From: Octopus vulgaris
Lineage: Eukaryota
DNA length: 64,000 nt
Assembly: GCA_951406725.2 (NCBI GenBank)
Contig: OX597835.1
Location: 29,450,001-29,514,000, forward strand
Direction: 5' to 3'
In this document: positions 13,826-27,897 of the stretch, in pieces
Position numbering within the stretch: position 1 is the first letter of the stretch
Layout of the letters: every line of letters starts with the position of its first letter
Program-made: the position numbers and the translations under genes
The notes under the pieces: model-generated
The model's input: the letters and a program-made list of their open reading frames with translations, nothing else
Databases searched by the model: none
What the model was told of the DNA's origin: nothing

Positions 13826-14678
13826 CGTCATAATTATTTTTGTTGTTGCTATTGTTGTTATGGTAATTCTTGTTTATCTTCGTTTATTAATTTTCCCTTT
13901 TTTTATTTTCTCCCCTTCCCCCCATTTTTTAAAAAAATTTTTGGCTTGTGTTCTAGTTTTCGGGTGGCAGTGTGATGATGGCGGCGGCGGCGGTGGTGGT
14001 GGTATATTAGTGGTGGTTGCTGTGGTGGCAGTGGGGTTCGGAGGTGGGGGGGTTGAAAAATAATGGCGGTGATAATGTTAGTAATGTTATATTATGATTG
14101 TTGTTATCTGTTGTAGCTGTTGTAGTTGTTGTTCATAATCACAGGAATTGTTGTTGTTGTTGTTGTTGGTGGTGGTGGTAGTGGTGGAGGCCGTCGTCGT
14201 AGTCGTGGTAAAAATGGATTTGCTGCTGCTGTTGATGCTGATGCCGTTGCTGCTGCTTCTGCTGCTGTTGCTGATTTATTTTTATTCATTTTTTTTTTGG
14301 GGGGGGGGGGGGAGTTGTAGGCTGGGTTTTTGCTGTTGCTGTTATTGTTTATGTATCGGGAGTTATTTTGTTTTGTTTTTATTTTGTTATTGTTGGTAAG
14401 GGTAAGGTTTACGATATTACTTTCTGCTTATAGCCTTGAATAAAGTAGTTTATTGGTATATAATTAGGCATGAAATTGCAAAAAAAAAGACAAAAAGACA
14501 AAAAGAATGAAAAAAGAAAAAGAATAAATAGGAGATTGAGGAAACAGAAAATCAAAAAAAAAAGAAGAAAAAGAGCAATTGTAAATATGAAAAAATACCA
14601 GAACAGGAACATTTTCGCTTTATACTAAGGAACGAATAATAATAATAATAATAATAATAACAATAATAATAATAATGA

Positions 14679-14734
<56 letters not shown>

Positions 14735-14933
14735 ATTCATGGTAATATGGATGTGTAGAAAACCATATATTTGTGTAACGAGGTGGTGTTTAGTCGACGT
14801 AATTTACCTCTGTGGTTTTATTTTGACATGTTTTATGAAACCCTGAACGTTGTAAAGCCAAGTCAGAATCAGAACATACACGGACGTAAATGATTGCTAT
14901 AAGTCATCTTAATAATGATGATAGTATAATTAG

Positions 14934-15130
14934 GACACCAGACAAAATGCTTTGCGGCATTTCGTCCGCCCTTACGTACTGGGTTCAAATTCAGACGGAG
15001 TCAGTTTCGCTTTTCATCTTTTCGAGGTCGATAAAATAAATACCAGTTGTGTACTGCTGCCGATGAAATCGACTTAGCCACCACCCCCTCCTCAAAATTG
15101 CTGGCTTTGAACCAAAATTTGGAACTAATA
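14934..15130 (+). mobile_element. SINE family M copy
   Basis: GGGTTCAAATTC B-box and TTTCATCTTTTCGAGGTCGATAAA domain. Confidence 0.75.
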
Positions 15131-15845
15131 TATGCAACCGAATGGTTAAAAAAACTAATATATGCAACCGAATAGGTTAAAAAAAATTAAGATAGAAAAG
15201 AAGAAACATTGACGACCAGTAGAATACACTATACAAAATGTTACAAAGATTATATTTACCGGATATAGAGAAGCAGGAGTTTATACTCAACTAGAAAACA
15301 ATTATAAAACGCTAAACGAGGACTACAAGAATATCTCGTGAAGAATTATGGAAAACCTCAACCGCGAAAAGTCCCTGGGCCGGAGTCACGGCGAAGTCAT
15401 GGGTAGCAGAATGGCGGATGTGAGGTTGAGAGTATTGGTCTTCAGTCAGCGTGTGATCTTCATTCAGCGAAACTACACGACACAGTCTGGGCAGAATACG
15501 AACAAATGAAAAAGAAAACGATTTCTGTATTCAGGAGAGCCAACAAACATAAAACAGAGCCGTAATGTCTGACAATTTGAAGAGAAAAATAAACGATATA
15601 TATTTTAGTAGAATAGCTTCAGTACTATAGTCTTAGTACGATAATTCTAGGACGTTAAAAATGGAATTACAGAATGCTATGATAACGCAATCGTAAGAGA
15701 ACCTTACAAATCAATGATTCCCAACCATTTCGTTTTTTGTTTTTTTTTGTCTATGGACAACTTTCATTTTTATTTTACTCTGGGGAACCCCATAATCATT
15801 CGGTGAACATCAAATAATTCTACTGTATTTTTATAGCTAAATATC

Positions 15846-16040
15846 AGTTTCACATTTTGGTACACGGCATGGGAAGGATTAAGTCGATTACATCGACCCC
15901 AGTGTTCAACTGGTACTTACTTTATCGAACGCAAAAGGATAAAAGGCAAAGACGACCTCGGCAGATTTCGAATTCAGAACGTAAAGAATAGCGCTAACCA
16001 TTCTGCCCAGCGTAATAACCATTCTGCCAACTCACCACCT
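15846..16040 (-). mobile_element. SINE family M copy
   Basis: Reverse match to family M. Confidence 0.75.
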
Positions 16041-16176
16041 TAATTATAGTTAAATATTATTAGAAATTGGATTTAAAAAATGTTTAATGAATTGTGTGTT
16101 ATAGAAGCATAAGCAATTTATTGCACATAAATTTTAACAACAAAATCGTATATGGATTCCAAAGTGCCATATTAGT

Positions 16177-16437
16177 GGAGGTGCGTGGCTTAGTGGTTAG
16201 GATGTTGGACTCATGATCATAAGATTGTGACTTCGAATCCTGGACCGGGCGATGCTTTGTGTTCTTGAACAAAACACTTCATTCCACATTACTCCAGTCC
16301 ACTCAGCTTGCAAAAATGAGTCGGTCTTGCAACTGACTGGCGTCCCGTCCAAGAAGTGAGGAATTTATACGCCATAGAAAAAGGGAAACCGGCTCTTACA
16401 AGTCGGCATGACTCGAGAATGTAACTTTACCTACCTT
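16177..16437 (+). mobile_element. SINE family T copy
   Basis: GGAGGTGCGTGGCTTAGTGGTTAGG head; homologous to 6064. Confidence 0.85.
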
Positions 16438-16766
16438 TTAAGGGCCATAGTGACCCCGGTTGAGAGCCATTGGTCCAGATGATGAACGCTTAGATAAACT
16501 GAAAAGTTAAAATATACAAAGAAAAATTGCAATGCTAGCCTAGAAACGAATGATTCAAAGTTGAGATTAAAGAACTTTTGATGGCAGAACCGGATCAACG
16601 CCTGAAACACATTTTTTAATGAAGCAGAATCCATTAGTTAAAATGCTGGCTCGCTTAACAATATTGCACAATTTAATGATTTACAGTCATAAATATATAT
16701 GAACAAACAAAAACAACCACGACTGATCTGAAGACTGAATTGTCGATGGTGATAATAATAACAAAG

Positions 16767-16832
<66 letters not shown>

Positions 16833-17386
16833 GCCCTGATGCAGTACCAGGCAGCGGCTCTCATGGCTTCTGATCTTAACTGATTGGAAGTGTTATCATG
16901 TACATTGTTTTGTCTTGGTATAAAAGATGGGCTACAGCAAATATTCTGCTCAATACCACAGATTTGCTTGTCAGTTGTTTGACCGTAACCAGTTGAGCAT
17001 GTCCCTTAGTGGCTGACGATATGTGCATCTCTGATCACGAGTAGAAGTAGTGGGGGAGCATCATAGCCATGTGTTGAGAGGGATTCTTTGGGGTTTGAAT
17101 AATTCACCTCTGGAAACATGGGTGTTTCGTTAAACGTCCTTAAACAACCCTTATTCAGGGACCTTTTGAGCAGGATGGGTTACTCGATCTGAAGAAAATT
17201 CTAACTGGGCTCCACCTGCAAGGTCATGTGCTGTTTATCTTGATATGAGATCACCATGTCGCGCACATATGGTTGTGATGCATGTGCCTGGTGTACCCTT
17301 ATCAGACGGGTAGTCATGATGGGTATACTGGGCTTCGTATATTTTACCCCAGTGTCACTTTGATGGCATGCTCTGCTCGCTCACTC
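16833..17386 (+). mobile_element. About 550-bp non-coding interspersed element inserted in (AAT)n, copy 1
   Basis: Highly similar to 50866-51323 and 55293-55818; all end at CTC/CGC followed by AATAAT. Strand inferred from the shared right end. Confidence 0.85.
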
Positions 17387-17404
17387 AATAATAATAATAA
17401 TAAT

Positions 17405-17630
17405 AACCAACGATGAGTGCCTCAACTGGCATGATAGAGCATCACAGTATATTCACTGGGTAATTTGAAAAAACTTAGACCATCCCCATGATAAAAACTG
17501 GTGGGAACACAAACCACCTCCAGTGCTTGAAAATGAGCACATCTCACTCCTCTGGAACTTCGCCGTTCAAATTGACAGAAAGATAGATGCAAATAGGCCA
17601 GATATAATATTGGATGGTGAAAAGTAGAGA
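17405..17630 (+). mobile_element. R4/Dong-clade non-LTR fragment (post-CCHC region to start of RLE endonuclease)
   Basis: WHDRASQYIHWVI*...WWEHKPPPVLENEHISLLWNFAVQIDRKIDANRPDII (RHD, IHW, WDF-IQTD and NRPDI motifs). Confidence 0.85.
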
Positions 17631-19235
17631 TGACGTCCGCTGGATTTGAACATAGAAAGAGTAAATCACTTTTTCCGTCTCTCTAATGGTTCTGCAAATT
17701 CACCATCTAATATGTTCAGGCCTCCAGACATAATTTACAGCAAACTGACAACTGATTAAATTTTTCCCAGTATTTCATTTGCCATCATCACTATGTATGC
17801 CCCTCCATTGACAGCCACTTTAACGTGACTTCTTTCTACCTGCTTTATCAGGCGTTTGAGATACTGTGATTTGATGACTGTCGTTTGTATGGCACGGGCA
17901 CATTCCTGACGTAGGCAGTTTGATCTATAACATTTTATATAACTTCACTTAGACATTCTAATCGTGCTTACATCTCTATTGAGGCATTTTTGTAGTTTAT
18001 CTCTAAATCAGAACTGATCCAATAGATATCAGCACGGAACTCTTGAATAGTGATCTTCTCGTCTTTGTTTGGTATAATATATCCAAAACTCGCATTATTT
18101 TCAAAACACCTGGCTTATTTCCTTTATAAAAAGATAATATACGATTTGAAGTAACGAGGTCTTGCTGTTTCGCTGCAAGCCAGGCTTTAATCAGTAGACC
18201 TACAACGGAAGACGTTTTAGTCGTGGCTACCCAAGCGCAGCATTACAGAAGTACATTATGCAGCGAAGGACTATAACTGTTGAGGTTGCCCTATCGCAGA
18301 CTAGCTCTCATGGATCAGTACTATGATTAAAGGCACCCTTTTCCCTTCATTTCATGTTAAGATGGTATAATGGAAAGTAATAGAGAGAGCGGGTGTAAGA
18401 GAGGGAAGAGGAGAAACAGAGAGAGAAAAACAGAGGGAGGGAGAGAGGGGTTGCTGTTTCTAGTAGGCCACACCATCCACTTTGGCCTCACTGATAAAAT
18501 ATTTATCTATCAATGTTAAAATTGGGTCAGGTGTGAAACACCAGAAGATAATTGCGCGAAATTAATGATTTTTTTTATATTCTTTTACCTTGGAACAGCT
18601 TGTCCCTAAGAAAGTATTCAATATTTCTCCATAAAATATCGATTTATCGAAGCCAATTATTTATTTATTCATTTATTTATCTACTGTTGTAGAGGAGTGG
18701 GGCAGAAACAGAAACAAGTTCATTAAATCGATCACAGCATATTACTGCTACCAGAGAGAATCGACTTTCTTTTGTAAATTATGAAACTGGCATTGTGCTT
18801 TGACAAAAGTACACATAGCCATGAGTGGCGGCACCATGCTCTGTTGGGCGGCTCAATCACAATTTCCATATATAATATTAATGGATGATATTTTATAGAT
18901 GTAATTCCAATATATTTTATATTCCGCTAACAATATTGTTAATACAGAAAACTATCTCCATTCATACAAATTATATGTATACAAAAAAATAATTTTTTTT
19001 CGATAATCAAGTATTGAATTGTACTTTACCAGAATATTCTAATTCTATCTTAGTTGTGAAAACTAAAAACAACAACAACACCAATAGCAAAAATATTGTT
19101 CGTATTATTTTCATCATGCAAATCGATTATTTCCTTCGCATCAAATATATTTTAATTGGTTTATTGATTAATTATAGGTCTAGTATACATGGAAAATATA
19201 TAAATACTGGATGTATATATGTGTGAGTGTATGTG

Positions 19236-19284
<49 letters not shown>

Positions 19285-19488
19285 CAGAGAGATAATAAAT
19301 GTGTGTATATGCGTTAAAATAAATATAGATATGAATTTTCTACCTACCTGTACTCATCAGTGTGAGAAAGGTAGCTGGCTGTGCTATGTGTGTGTCGGTG
19401 CGTGACACTGTGCTTGCGTATGTATGTGTGCATGTGTGTGTACGTGTGTGTATGCATGTGTGTGTGCGTGTGTGTATCGATATGTATT

Positions 19489-19535
<47 letters not shown>

Positions 19536-19645
19536 ATATAGGTAGACATGGTATATTGATAATATAGATATAGATAGGTTTAAATATATAAGCATGTGTG
19601 TGTTTGTGCTTGTATACGCAAACGCATAAATGTGTACATCCATAT

Positions 19646-19852
19646 ATATTTCTTTACTGCCCACAAGGGGCTAAACATAGAGGGGACAAACAAGGACAGG
19701 CAAAGGGATTAAGTCGATTACATCGACCCCAGTGCGTAAATGGTACTTAATTTATCGACCTCGAAAGGATGAAAGGCAAAGTCGACCTCGGCGGAATTTG
19801 AACTCGGAACGTAACGACAGACGTGCTTATGTTTCTGCCAATTCGTCGCCTT
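19646..19852 (-). mobile_element. SINE family M copy
   Basis: GAAAGGATGAAAGGCAAAGTCGACCTCGGCGGAATTTGAACTC. Confidence 0.85.
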
Positions 19853-19958
19853 AATCCATATACACACACGCGCGCACACACACATATACATACAACCATA
19901 CATAAAAGGCATATACAATTGCATATATCAAGCGTTGCTTCATGCACATGTGTGTATA

Positions 19959-19996
<38 letters not shown>

Positions 19997-20137
19997 TGTG
20001 CGTGTGCGTACGTACGTGTATGTGTGTGAATATATATCAACCATTATTGGTCTCTTTATGTCCCCATAACTTAGCGGCTCGGCAAATATCAGAAGAATAG
20101 AATAAATATCGTAAAATCTATCATTTAATATATATGA

Positions 20138-20173
<36 letters not shown>

Positions 20174-20270
20174 TTGTGTGCATATATATGTATACACACA
20201 CATACACACATACACACACACAAATATATACATATGCATGTATGTTTGCATGCATGTATGTATTTGTATA

Positions 20271-20301
<31 letters not shown>

Positions 20302-20825
20302 GCGTATACATGCGTATGGAGATATGCATGTATATACACGTGCATACACACAAGTGATAATAATTTTTAGATGGTCGAATAATATCCGAAATTATCGATT
20401 TGTTTTTTATTGTTGCATTTTAACCATCTATCAAATCTGATTGAACGCAATTCTAATTACAGGCGTTCCAATGGTGATCATCACATAATACTCCCCTATC
20501 TACTCTTATATATACCATGGCTTACAACTTAATTCTTAATCCTTAATACGTCCTGCTGATTCGGACGTGAACATGCTAATCGCTGTTGTATCTCTTCCTA
20601 GTAAAGTATATTTTCTTTATAACATCTATGTATTCATAGCACGTTCGACTCGTCAGTGTAAGGGACTCTACCATAGCAGCGATTTCGACATCGTTGTAAC
20701 TCACCAGCCAGAGTTATCGCAGCCTGACACGCGGTCAGTGCGAGCTTAGAAATAAACATGGGAGCCATTGTTTTTTATTCTCACTGCTCGGTGTGCATAT
20801 GTGGTTATACATATACATACGTATA

Positions 20826-20924
<99 letters not shown>

Positions 20925-21489
20925 ATATATGGTGCGAATGGTTTTGTTAACAAACTTATGTATATATACATATAAACAGACATACATATATTCATATACA
21001 CATATACATACACATATACATACATATATACACGAACGCATGCATACACACATACACACGTACACAAGTACATGTTTGTGTGCGTGTGTGTTTATTCAGT
21101 TATGTATGTGTATGTGTGTATGTACATTTATTTTAAAATGCTAAATATTTTTGAAATATAGATACTGACTCTAGCTATATTGATATATGTTAACATTAAA
21201 CTGCGCATGTATTAATGTACAATGTTTGAAAATAAACTGCAAAAAATAATTATAATACAAACTTAAATATATGACTCAAATATCGCATATAAAATATGTA
21301 CTATAGAAATGTAAATTAAGTGTCTTAAAATTGCTTGTGCTTCGTTTTATATCTCCCTTAATTTCGTTAAAGTAAGAAAAATTTGTAACAGAAGATGGAA
21401 GATAACAACTATGTACATAAACCTCGTAAAATTATATTACTCTACACTGATCTAAAATTGCGTTGGCGGTTCACATTATATATTTGCAC

Positions 21490-21865
21490 AGCAAGCATTA
21501 TTGTGTGGTTAAGAAGTTCACTTAGCAACTACATGACTTTGAGTTCTGTCCCTCTGTGTGACAACATCTTTGGTAAGCTTTTTGTGTTTTTTAACTACAG
21601 TCTTCAGGCGACTAGAGTCGTGAGTCAATTTGTTCGACGAGAACTGTGTTGAAGCCCGCCACATATGTGTGTGTGTTCGCGCTGATCTTTCGGGTTCTTT
21701 TTGTGCTAGTTTACCTTCTTGTAACTTAGTTGTTTGATGAGAAAAGAACTGATAGAACGCCAGACTTAAAATACGTATCGATTCGGTTTGAAGAACTAAA
21801 CCTCTCAAGACTGTATCCCAACATGACTACAGTTCAATGACTGAAACAAATAAAAGAATAAAAAA
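21490..21865 (+). mobile_element. SINE family C, degenerate copy
   Basis: Degenerate head and AATGACTGAAACAAATAAAAGAAT tail. Confidence 0.65.
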
Positions 21866-22209
21866 AAACTATAGGCGTTTAGACTCATACTGAAAAGAGT
21901 AAAATACACACGGACATGGAAAGACATACGCTGCAGAAATTATCACGAGATAAAAATTCTCCATTTAGACGATGTGTGAAATACAAACACCATTAGGCTA
22001 CGAATCATCGGAGCGTAGGATCATTTCTGTGGCTGTGTCTTTACATGTCTGAATGCACACGAACATATTAAAAATTATTGTGTACACTTATATTTCGTTC
22101 AACGTTGATTAGTCTGTAGTTAATGAATAAATTCCAGCTTGAAAAAAGCTCTGCCCGCATCAACACAATTTCGCTTGGCGTGCAAACGATTCTGGAAGCT
22201 GGCCGCCCT

Positions 22210-22757
<548 letters not shown>

Positions 22758-24304
22758 TGTATCATGATGACGACGACAACGATGGTCGCTCTCGCTGGCT
22801 TCGGCGTATCAGTGTTTGATTGGGAAGACTTAAAATTGAAGAGAATAATAGAAAGAAAGAAAAGTCAAGCTAAGAGGCTGGATCTATTTGCGATGGATGT
22901 GTGAGGGTAATTTCGGTCCAGGGATGGATTTTGCTATGAAGTCCCAATGGGGGACATTGATGCTTTTGATTTCGCTGTTGTATTAACAAGAAAACCTGTT
23001 CATGGAGTCAATGAAGGACAACTCGGTATCCGTAGCTGACCTCAGTAATGACGCAGAGACGCATGCGCCCTACAGGTCGATGACGTAATTTCTAGCTCCA
23101 TGATTCGTTTTCCCCACGTATTAGCTGTAAGAGTATTTTTCTCTAGTGACATTTTCTACAGCGCATGTCTTTCTGCGACCGAGTGTACACGAACATATTA
23201 AATATTATTGTATACACGCCTGTATTTCATTCATCCCTACTTAATGCTCCCTAAATAAATAAATAAATAAGTTTAAAAATTACTTTAACAATGTATAAAG
23301 AACATGATTTTTAGAAACACAAAATGGTTATTCCTCACTATTTTACGTTCGTCCTTTAACCAAATTCGTTTTGAGATTGAACCGATATAAAATCTCTTTT
23401 TCTCTCTTTTTCGCTCTCCCGCCGTCTAAATTGTGTGTGAGAGTCTGTGTGTGTGGACGTCTGTATAAGCATGTCTTCATGTCCAGGCCTCTTAAGGGTG
23501 GCATATTAAGTAAGTTTTTTTCTACTGTATTTCTGGGATGACCAATTACTTGTGAATGAATTTGGTAGACGGAATGTGCGTGAAAGCCCATTGTATATGC
23601 GTCTGTATGCGTATGTGTGTGTATATGTGTGTATGTAAGCGTGCGTATAAATATGCGTGTATGTGTGTGTGAATATGTGCGTGTGCCTGTATGTGTATGT
23701 GTGTATGGGTGTATATGTGTGTATGTATGTGTATGTATGTATGTGTGTATGTATGTATGTGAGTGTGTAAATATATGTGTGTGCATTGTGCATGTGAACA
23801 TGTGCGTATGCATGTGTGTGTATGTATTTGTGTACGGGCGTATGTGTGTGTATGTGTGTGTGAATGTGTGTGTGTATGTGTGTGTGTGAATATTTGTGTA
23901 TGTGTGCGTGGGAATACGTGTGTTTGTCTGTGTGTGTATGTGTGTGAATGTGTGTATGTGTGTAAATATGTGTCCGTATGAATATGTTTGCCTGTGTGTG
24001 AGAATATGTGTGTGCGTGTGCATGTGTGTGTGTGTGGGTGAGTGTTCGCCCTACCCCCCCCACCACCACTTGAGTATCGGTTTCTGCTTCTCTACGACCT
24101 CCCATCCTAAGTATTCAGCAAAAGAGACCGATACCGGCCTTTAAAAAATAAATAAAGAGGACCAAATTGATTGACCAATCCCTTCATCGCGGTCTCCTTG
24201 CATTTCAATTATTAACACAAGAAAAAAAAATCAGAATACAAAAATAGGACAATGTATACACACACACACACACACACACACATACACACACACATATATA
24301 TATA

Positions 24305-24463
24305 GGCGCAGGAATGGCTGTGTCGTAAGTAGCTAGCTTACCATCCACATGGTTCCGGGTTCAGTCCCGTAGGGTGACACCTTGGACAAGTGTTTTCGCC
24401 TCGGGCCGGCCAAAGCCTTGTGACTGGATTTGGTAGACGACGGAAACTGAAAGAAGCCCGTTG

Positions 24464-24518
<55 letters not shown>

Positions 24519-24714
24519 TTGTGTGTATGTGTTTGTCCCCACAACATTGATGTTGGTGTGTTAACGTCACCGTAATCTACTGGTTCGGCAAAAGAGACCG
24601 ATAGAATAAGTACTAGGCTTACAAAGAATAAGTTCTGAGATCGATTTGCTCGACTAAAAGCGGTGCTCCAGCATGACCGCAGTCAAATGACTGAAACAAG
24701 TAAAAGAATAAAAG
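24305..24714 (+). mobile_element. SINE family C, full length (tRNA head, CORE-like CCTTGGxCAAGT, internal TA/TG microsatellite, GACTGAAACAAGTAAAAGA tail)
   Basis: Head GGCGCAGGAATGGCTGTG, B-box-like GGTTCAGTCCC; many copies in the window. Confidence 0.9.
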
Positions 24715-24770
<56 letters not shown>

Positions 24771-24822
24771 TATAATTTTTTTCCTAAATATAGGGTAATT
24801 TTTTAAATATAAGGTAATTTTT

Positions 24823-25845
24823 TTTCTGAAATATAGACCAATTTCACCGGGCCACCCATCCAATATCCTACGACGTTGTTGGGGGACATCGACGTGTCTC
24901 GCCAAGTGCTGATCTGTAGGCCGTCTGACTTATCCCAGTTTATTTTTGCCCTTGATACCGCTTCGTATTCTCTAATGGCGTCACCTACTAAATTCAGGTG
25001 TCTGTCACAGGATACGATAACGGTGATGTCGTCCGCGTACGCTGACACCGAACTCCCGCACCCCAGATCACACGGGATGCCCCTCAAGGCCTCCAATTTA
25101 TGCAGTAATAGCTCAAGGGTCAGAACGTACAGAAGGGAGGACAGGGGACATCCTTGAGGGACCGAACGCACGATGCTGAACGGCTGTGAAAGATAACCGT
25201 TCATTCGAACTGCCGATTTAATGTCACCATATAATGCGGTGATCCAACCACGGAAGTCCGGGCCAGACCCGGCCGCTTCGAGGACTGCCGCCAGATAGTC
25301 AACCCTATCGAATGCTTTAGACTGAGCTAAATGTATCAGTGCCCTTCCCATGCCAGGTTATTAACCACCCTGTCTATGGTGTAGCGTATGAGGTGGAGCT
25401 TGTGGGTTGTTCTGGATGGAATGGCGCATGTGTGCGCTTTCCCAACCAGTTTGTCGACGACAAGCGCCAACCTCTTGTCTAGCAACGCCAAAATCTTCAG
25501 CTCTGCATTAAGCAGAGTGATGGGCCTAAAGTTATCTATAATGTCCACCTTGTTTGGATCCTTGATTAGCAGCACCACGGTCCCCCGGTTCACAGAGCTA
25601 GGAATTCTCCTATTCTGTTGCCAGTTGGCGTAGATATTTACCAGTATGTTCCCAAACAATCTGGCATATTGCAATAAAACTCGTAAGGCAGACCATCTAG
25701 ACCCGGTGATCATCCCCTCAACGCAGCCCGATAGGGCCTCTGCTACCTTTGCAGCTGTGATCAGCCCTTCACGGCACTCCGCCTCCTGCGCCGATGGTCG
25801 CGGCAGACCAGCCAAGAAGTCCGAGAAGCTGAGACGTCAGTATTA
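24823..25845 (-). mobile_element. Tx1/L1-clade reverse transcriptase fragment, frameshifted
   Basis: NFRPITLLN, QSKAFDRVD, QGCPLS and AYADDIT motifs split over two ORFs (25336-25815 and 24803-25351). Confidence 0.92.
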
Positions 25846-26041
25846 AGAATTCTCGATCGGCACTTTTCGGAGGATTATTGTCCCTGTTAGTGTATATATT
25901 TTCCTTCACGTGGATTAACTACAGCATTAGAGGGGTTTAGCTCTTATTTCTATCAATCTAAGTCTTTCATAATACCCTTGTCACATTTAGTGACATTTGT
26001 AATACTCCTTTTTGGTGAAACATTGCACACTACTATTTATA

Positions 26042-26116
<75 letters not shown>

Positions 26117-26245
26117 TCAGCAAAATTTAGATTCAAATGAATATTGTAATTACGTTAGATGCACCTGAATTTTGTACGGTGTTATCCATATAAATCCATG
26201 GGGTGATTATAATCAAAATAAGCAACAAGAATATCTACGGTAATT

Positions 26246-26329
26246 TGGTACGATCGTTTCACGCTACGTCATTTTATTAAACATTATAAGTATTACAACA
26301 GTTTTAAAATGTTGAGCAATCATCAGCTA
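26246..26329 (-). ncRNA. Type I hammerhead motif (left arm)
   Basis: CUGAUGA-U-UGCU...AGCG-U-GAAAC-GAUC-GUA; one mismatch in stem I. Confidence 0.6.
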
Positions 26330-26663
26330 TTTATAGAGGCTTTCCATCAATACATATACCTATTTTCATGTTAATTGATAACATTATATAGAGGGTAGAT
26401 ATATAGACGGAGATGTTGATTTGAATGTTAAGAACATTAAGGTATTAGAATTTATCTTCTGACTGAAGAATATTCTTTAAGTTATTTGGAACTGCTAGGA
26501 AGTGGGAGGGATATTCTGTTGGATGGAGACAAAATTTTTAAATTCTAATACCTTAATGTTCTTGACATTCAAATCAACATCTCCGTCTATATATCTACCC
26601 ACTATATAATGTTATCAATTAACATGAAAATAAGTATATGTATTGATGGAAAACCTCTATAAA

Positions 26664-26747
26664 TGGCTGATGATTGTTCAACATTTTAAAACTGTTGTAA
26701 TACTTACAATGTTTAATAAAATGATGTAGCGTGAAACGATCGTACCA
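26664..26747 (+). ncRNA. Type I hammerhead motif (right arm)
   Basis: UGG-CUGAUGA...GAAAC-GAUC-GUA-CCA. Confidence 0.65.
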
Positions 26748-26796
26748 AATTTCCGAAGATATTCTTGTTGCTTATTTTGAATATATATATTATATC

Positions 26797-26844
26797 TGAC
26801 TGAAGAGAGGTCTCTTTGGCGCTAAATTCGAAATCATGATATCA
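26797..26844 (+). ncRNA. Type I hammerhead motif with canonical core
   Basis: UGA-CUGAAGA-GAG...UUC-GAAAU-CAUG-AUA-UCA; palindromic loop III. Confidence 0.65.
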
Positions 26845-27027
26845 CATTAACTGACATTCCTTCTGCATCGTTTGCGGAGGTCAAACGCTATTCTTGTTTA
26901 CTAATATCTTTTTATCTATCGTGCTTGTATTAATTTAGTGATTCTCCTCTAGCTTACGAGTATATTGTCTTCTACTTTTAGCGAAGCAGATGATTACGTA
27001 GTACCCTAGAATATATATATATATATA

Positions 27028-27231
27028 GGGACGATTTACGAAAATAAACAAAAGACGAAGGCAGGTGGAGTACAAACAAACAAATATATTAGTATGGCGC
27101 TCAGGAATTGAAATAGAACAAGTCTTTTACGTTTCGAGCCTACGCTCTTCGACAGAAAGATACACAGAAAAAAAAAAACAAGGAGAGAAACAAGGAGAGA
27201 AAAAAATGCGTGTAGGAGCTAATGATCTAAC
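27028..27231 (-). mobile_element. About 200-bp (TA)n-flanked element carrying a minimal hammerhead-like motif (27123-27160)
   Basis: Near-identical in reverse to 61695-61925; also homologous to 32170-32327. Confidence 0.75.
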
Positions 27232-27246
27232 ATATATATATATATA

Positions 27247-27544
27247 TCTTTATATATAAAAGTGAAGTTGTGTGTCTGTCTCCTACGATTTAGATTCCTA
27301 ACTACTCCCACATTTTGCGGTGCAGTGTAACCAAAAGCGGGTATCATATAGTCGTGATTCATATCGAGCCCTTCTGGGTATTAGCGCGTGTCTACGATGA
27401 GTCTACGATTTTTAAAAAAAATTACCATCCTTTTTTCCCATTTTTAATGCATTTTTTGCTATTATATAAGGGAAGTAACTCTCTAAAAATGCTTATATAG
27501 TTATTTCCCTTACAAATCCGAGCAACGCCGGGCGATACTGCTAG
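27247..27544 (+). mobile_element. Non-autonomous Helitron
   Basis: A|TC 5' end, subterminal GC hairpin CCGAGCAACGCCGGG, CTAG|T 3' end. Confidence 0.8.
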
Positions 27545-27604
27545 TTTATATTTATATTAATATTTATATTTATATTAATATTTATGTTTATATTAATATT
27601 TATG

Positions 27605-27897
27605 TTTATATTTGAAAGAATAAGCAGAGGTGTCATCTTTGAGGAGACAATTTCTATATTAATCCCACCAAAAATGCCCACAGTAAGCCACTCTGATATG
27701 CGCTTCGGTCTTCTTACTACCGTAGTAAGAAGGCCGAAACGTCCGTTGATGAACAATTTAACCAATTCCAGTTTGGGAACAACTGCTTGAGGTTCGAAGC
27801 TCATATTACACTGGCTCACTGTGGGCATTGTTAGTGGGATTAAAATAGAAACTGTCCCCTCAAAGGAGCCTCCTCGGCTCATTCTCTCAAATATAAA
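27605..27897. repeat. Diverged inverted repeat (27605-27707 / 27795-27897) with a 17-bp-stem hairpin at 27704-27738
   Basis: TTCGGTCTTCTTACTAC-C-GTAGTAAGAAGGCCGAA; the two arms give similar peptides in opposite-strand ORFs. Confidence 0.8.

Larger units (their letters stand above)
26213..26780. repeat. Inverted repeat with arms 26213-26454 and 26539-26780; Penelope-like terminal fold-back
   Basis: Arms of about 240 bp are near reverse complements; each carries a hammerhead motif. Confidence 0.9.

Noticed and set aside
13960-14400. Poly-Ala/Pro/Thr ORFs
   Set aside because: Same degenerate triplet low complexity.
17130-17386. HDV-like ribozyme on the minus strand of the 550-bp element
   Set aside because: Could not build consistent P1/P3/L3/J4-2 elements by hand.
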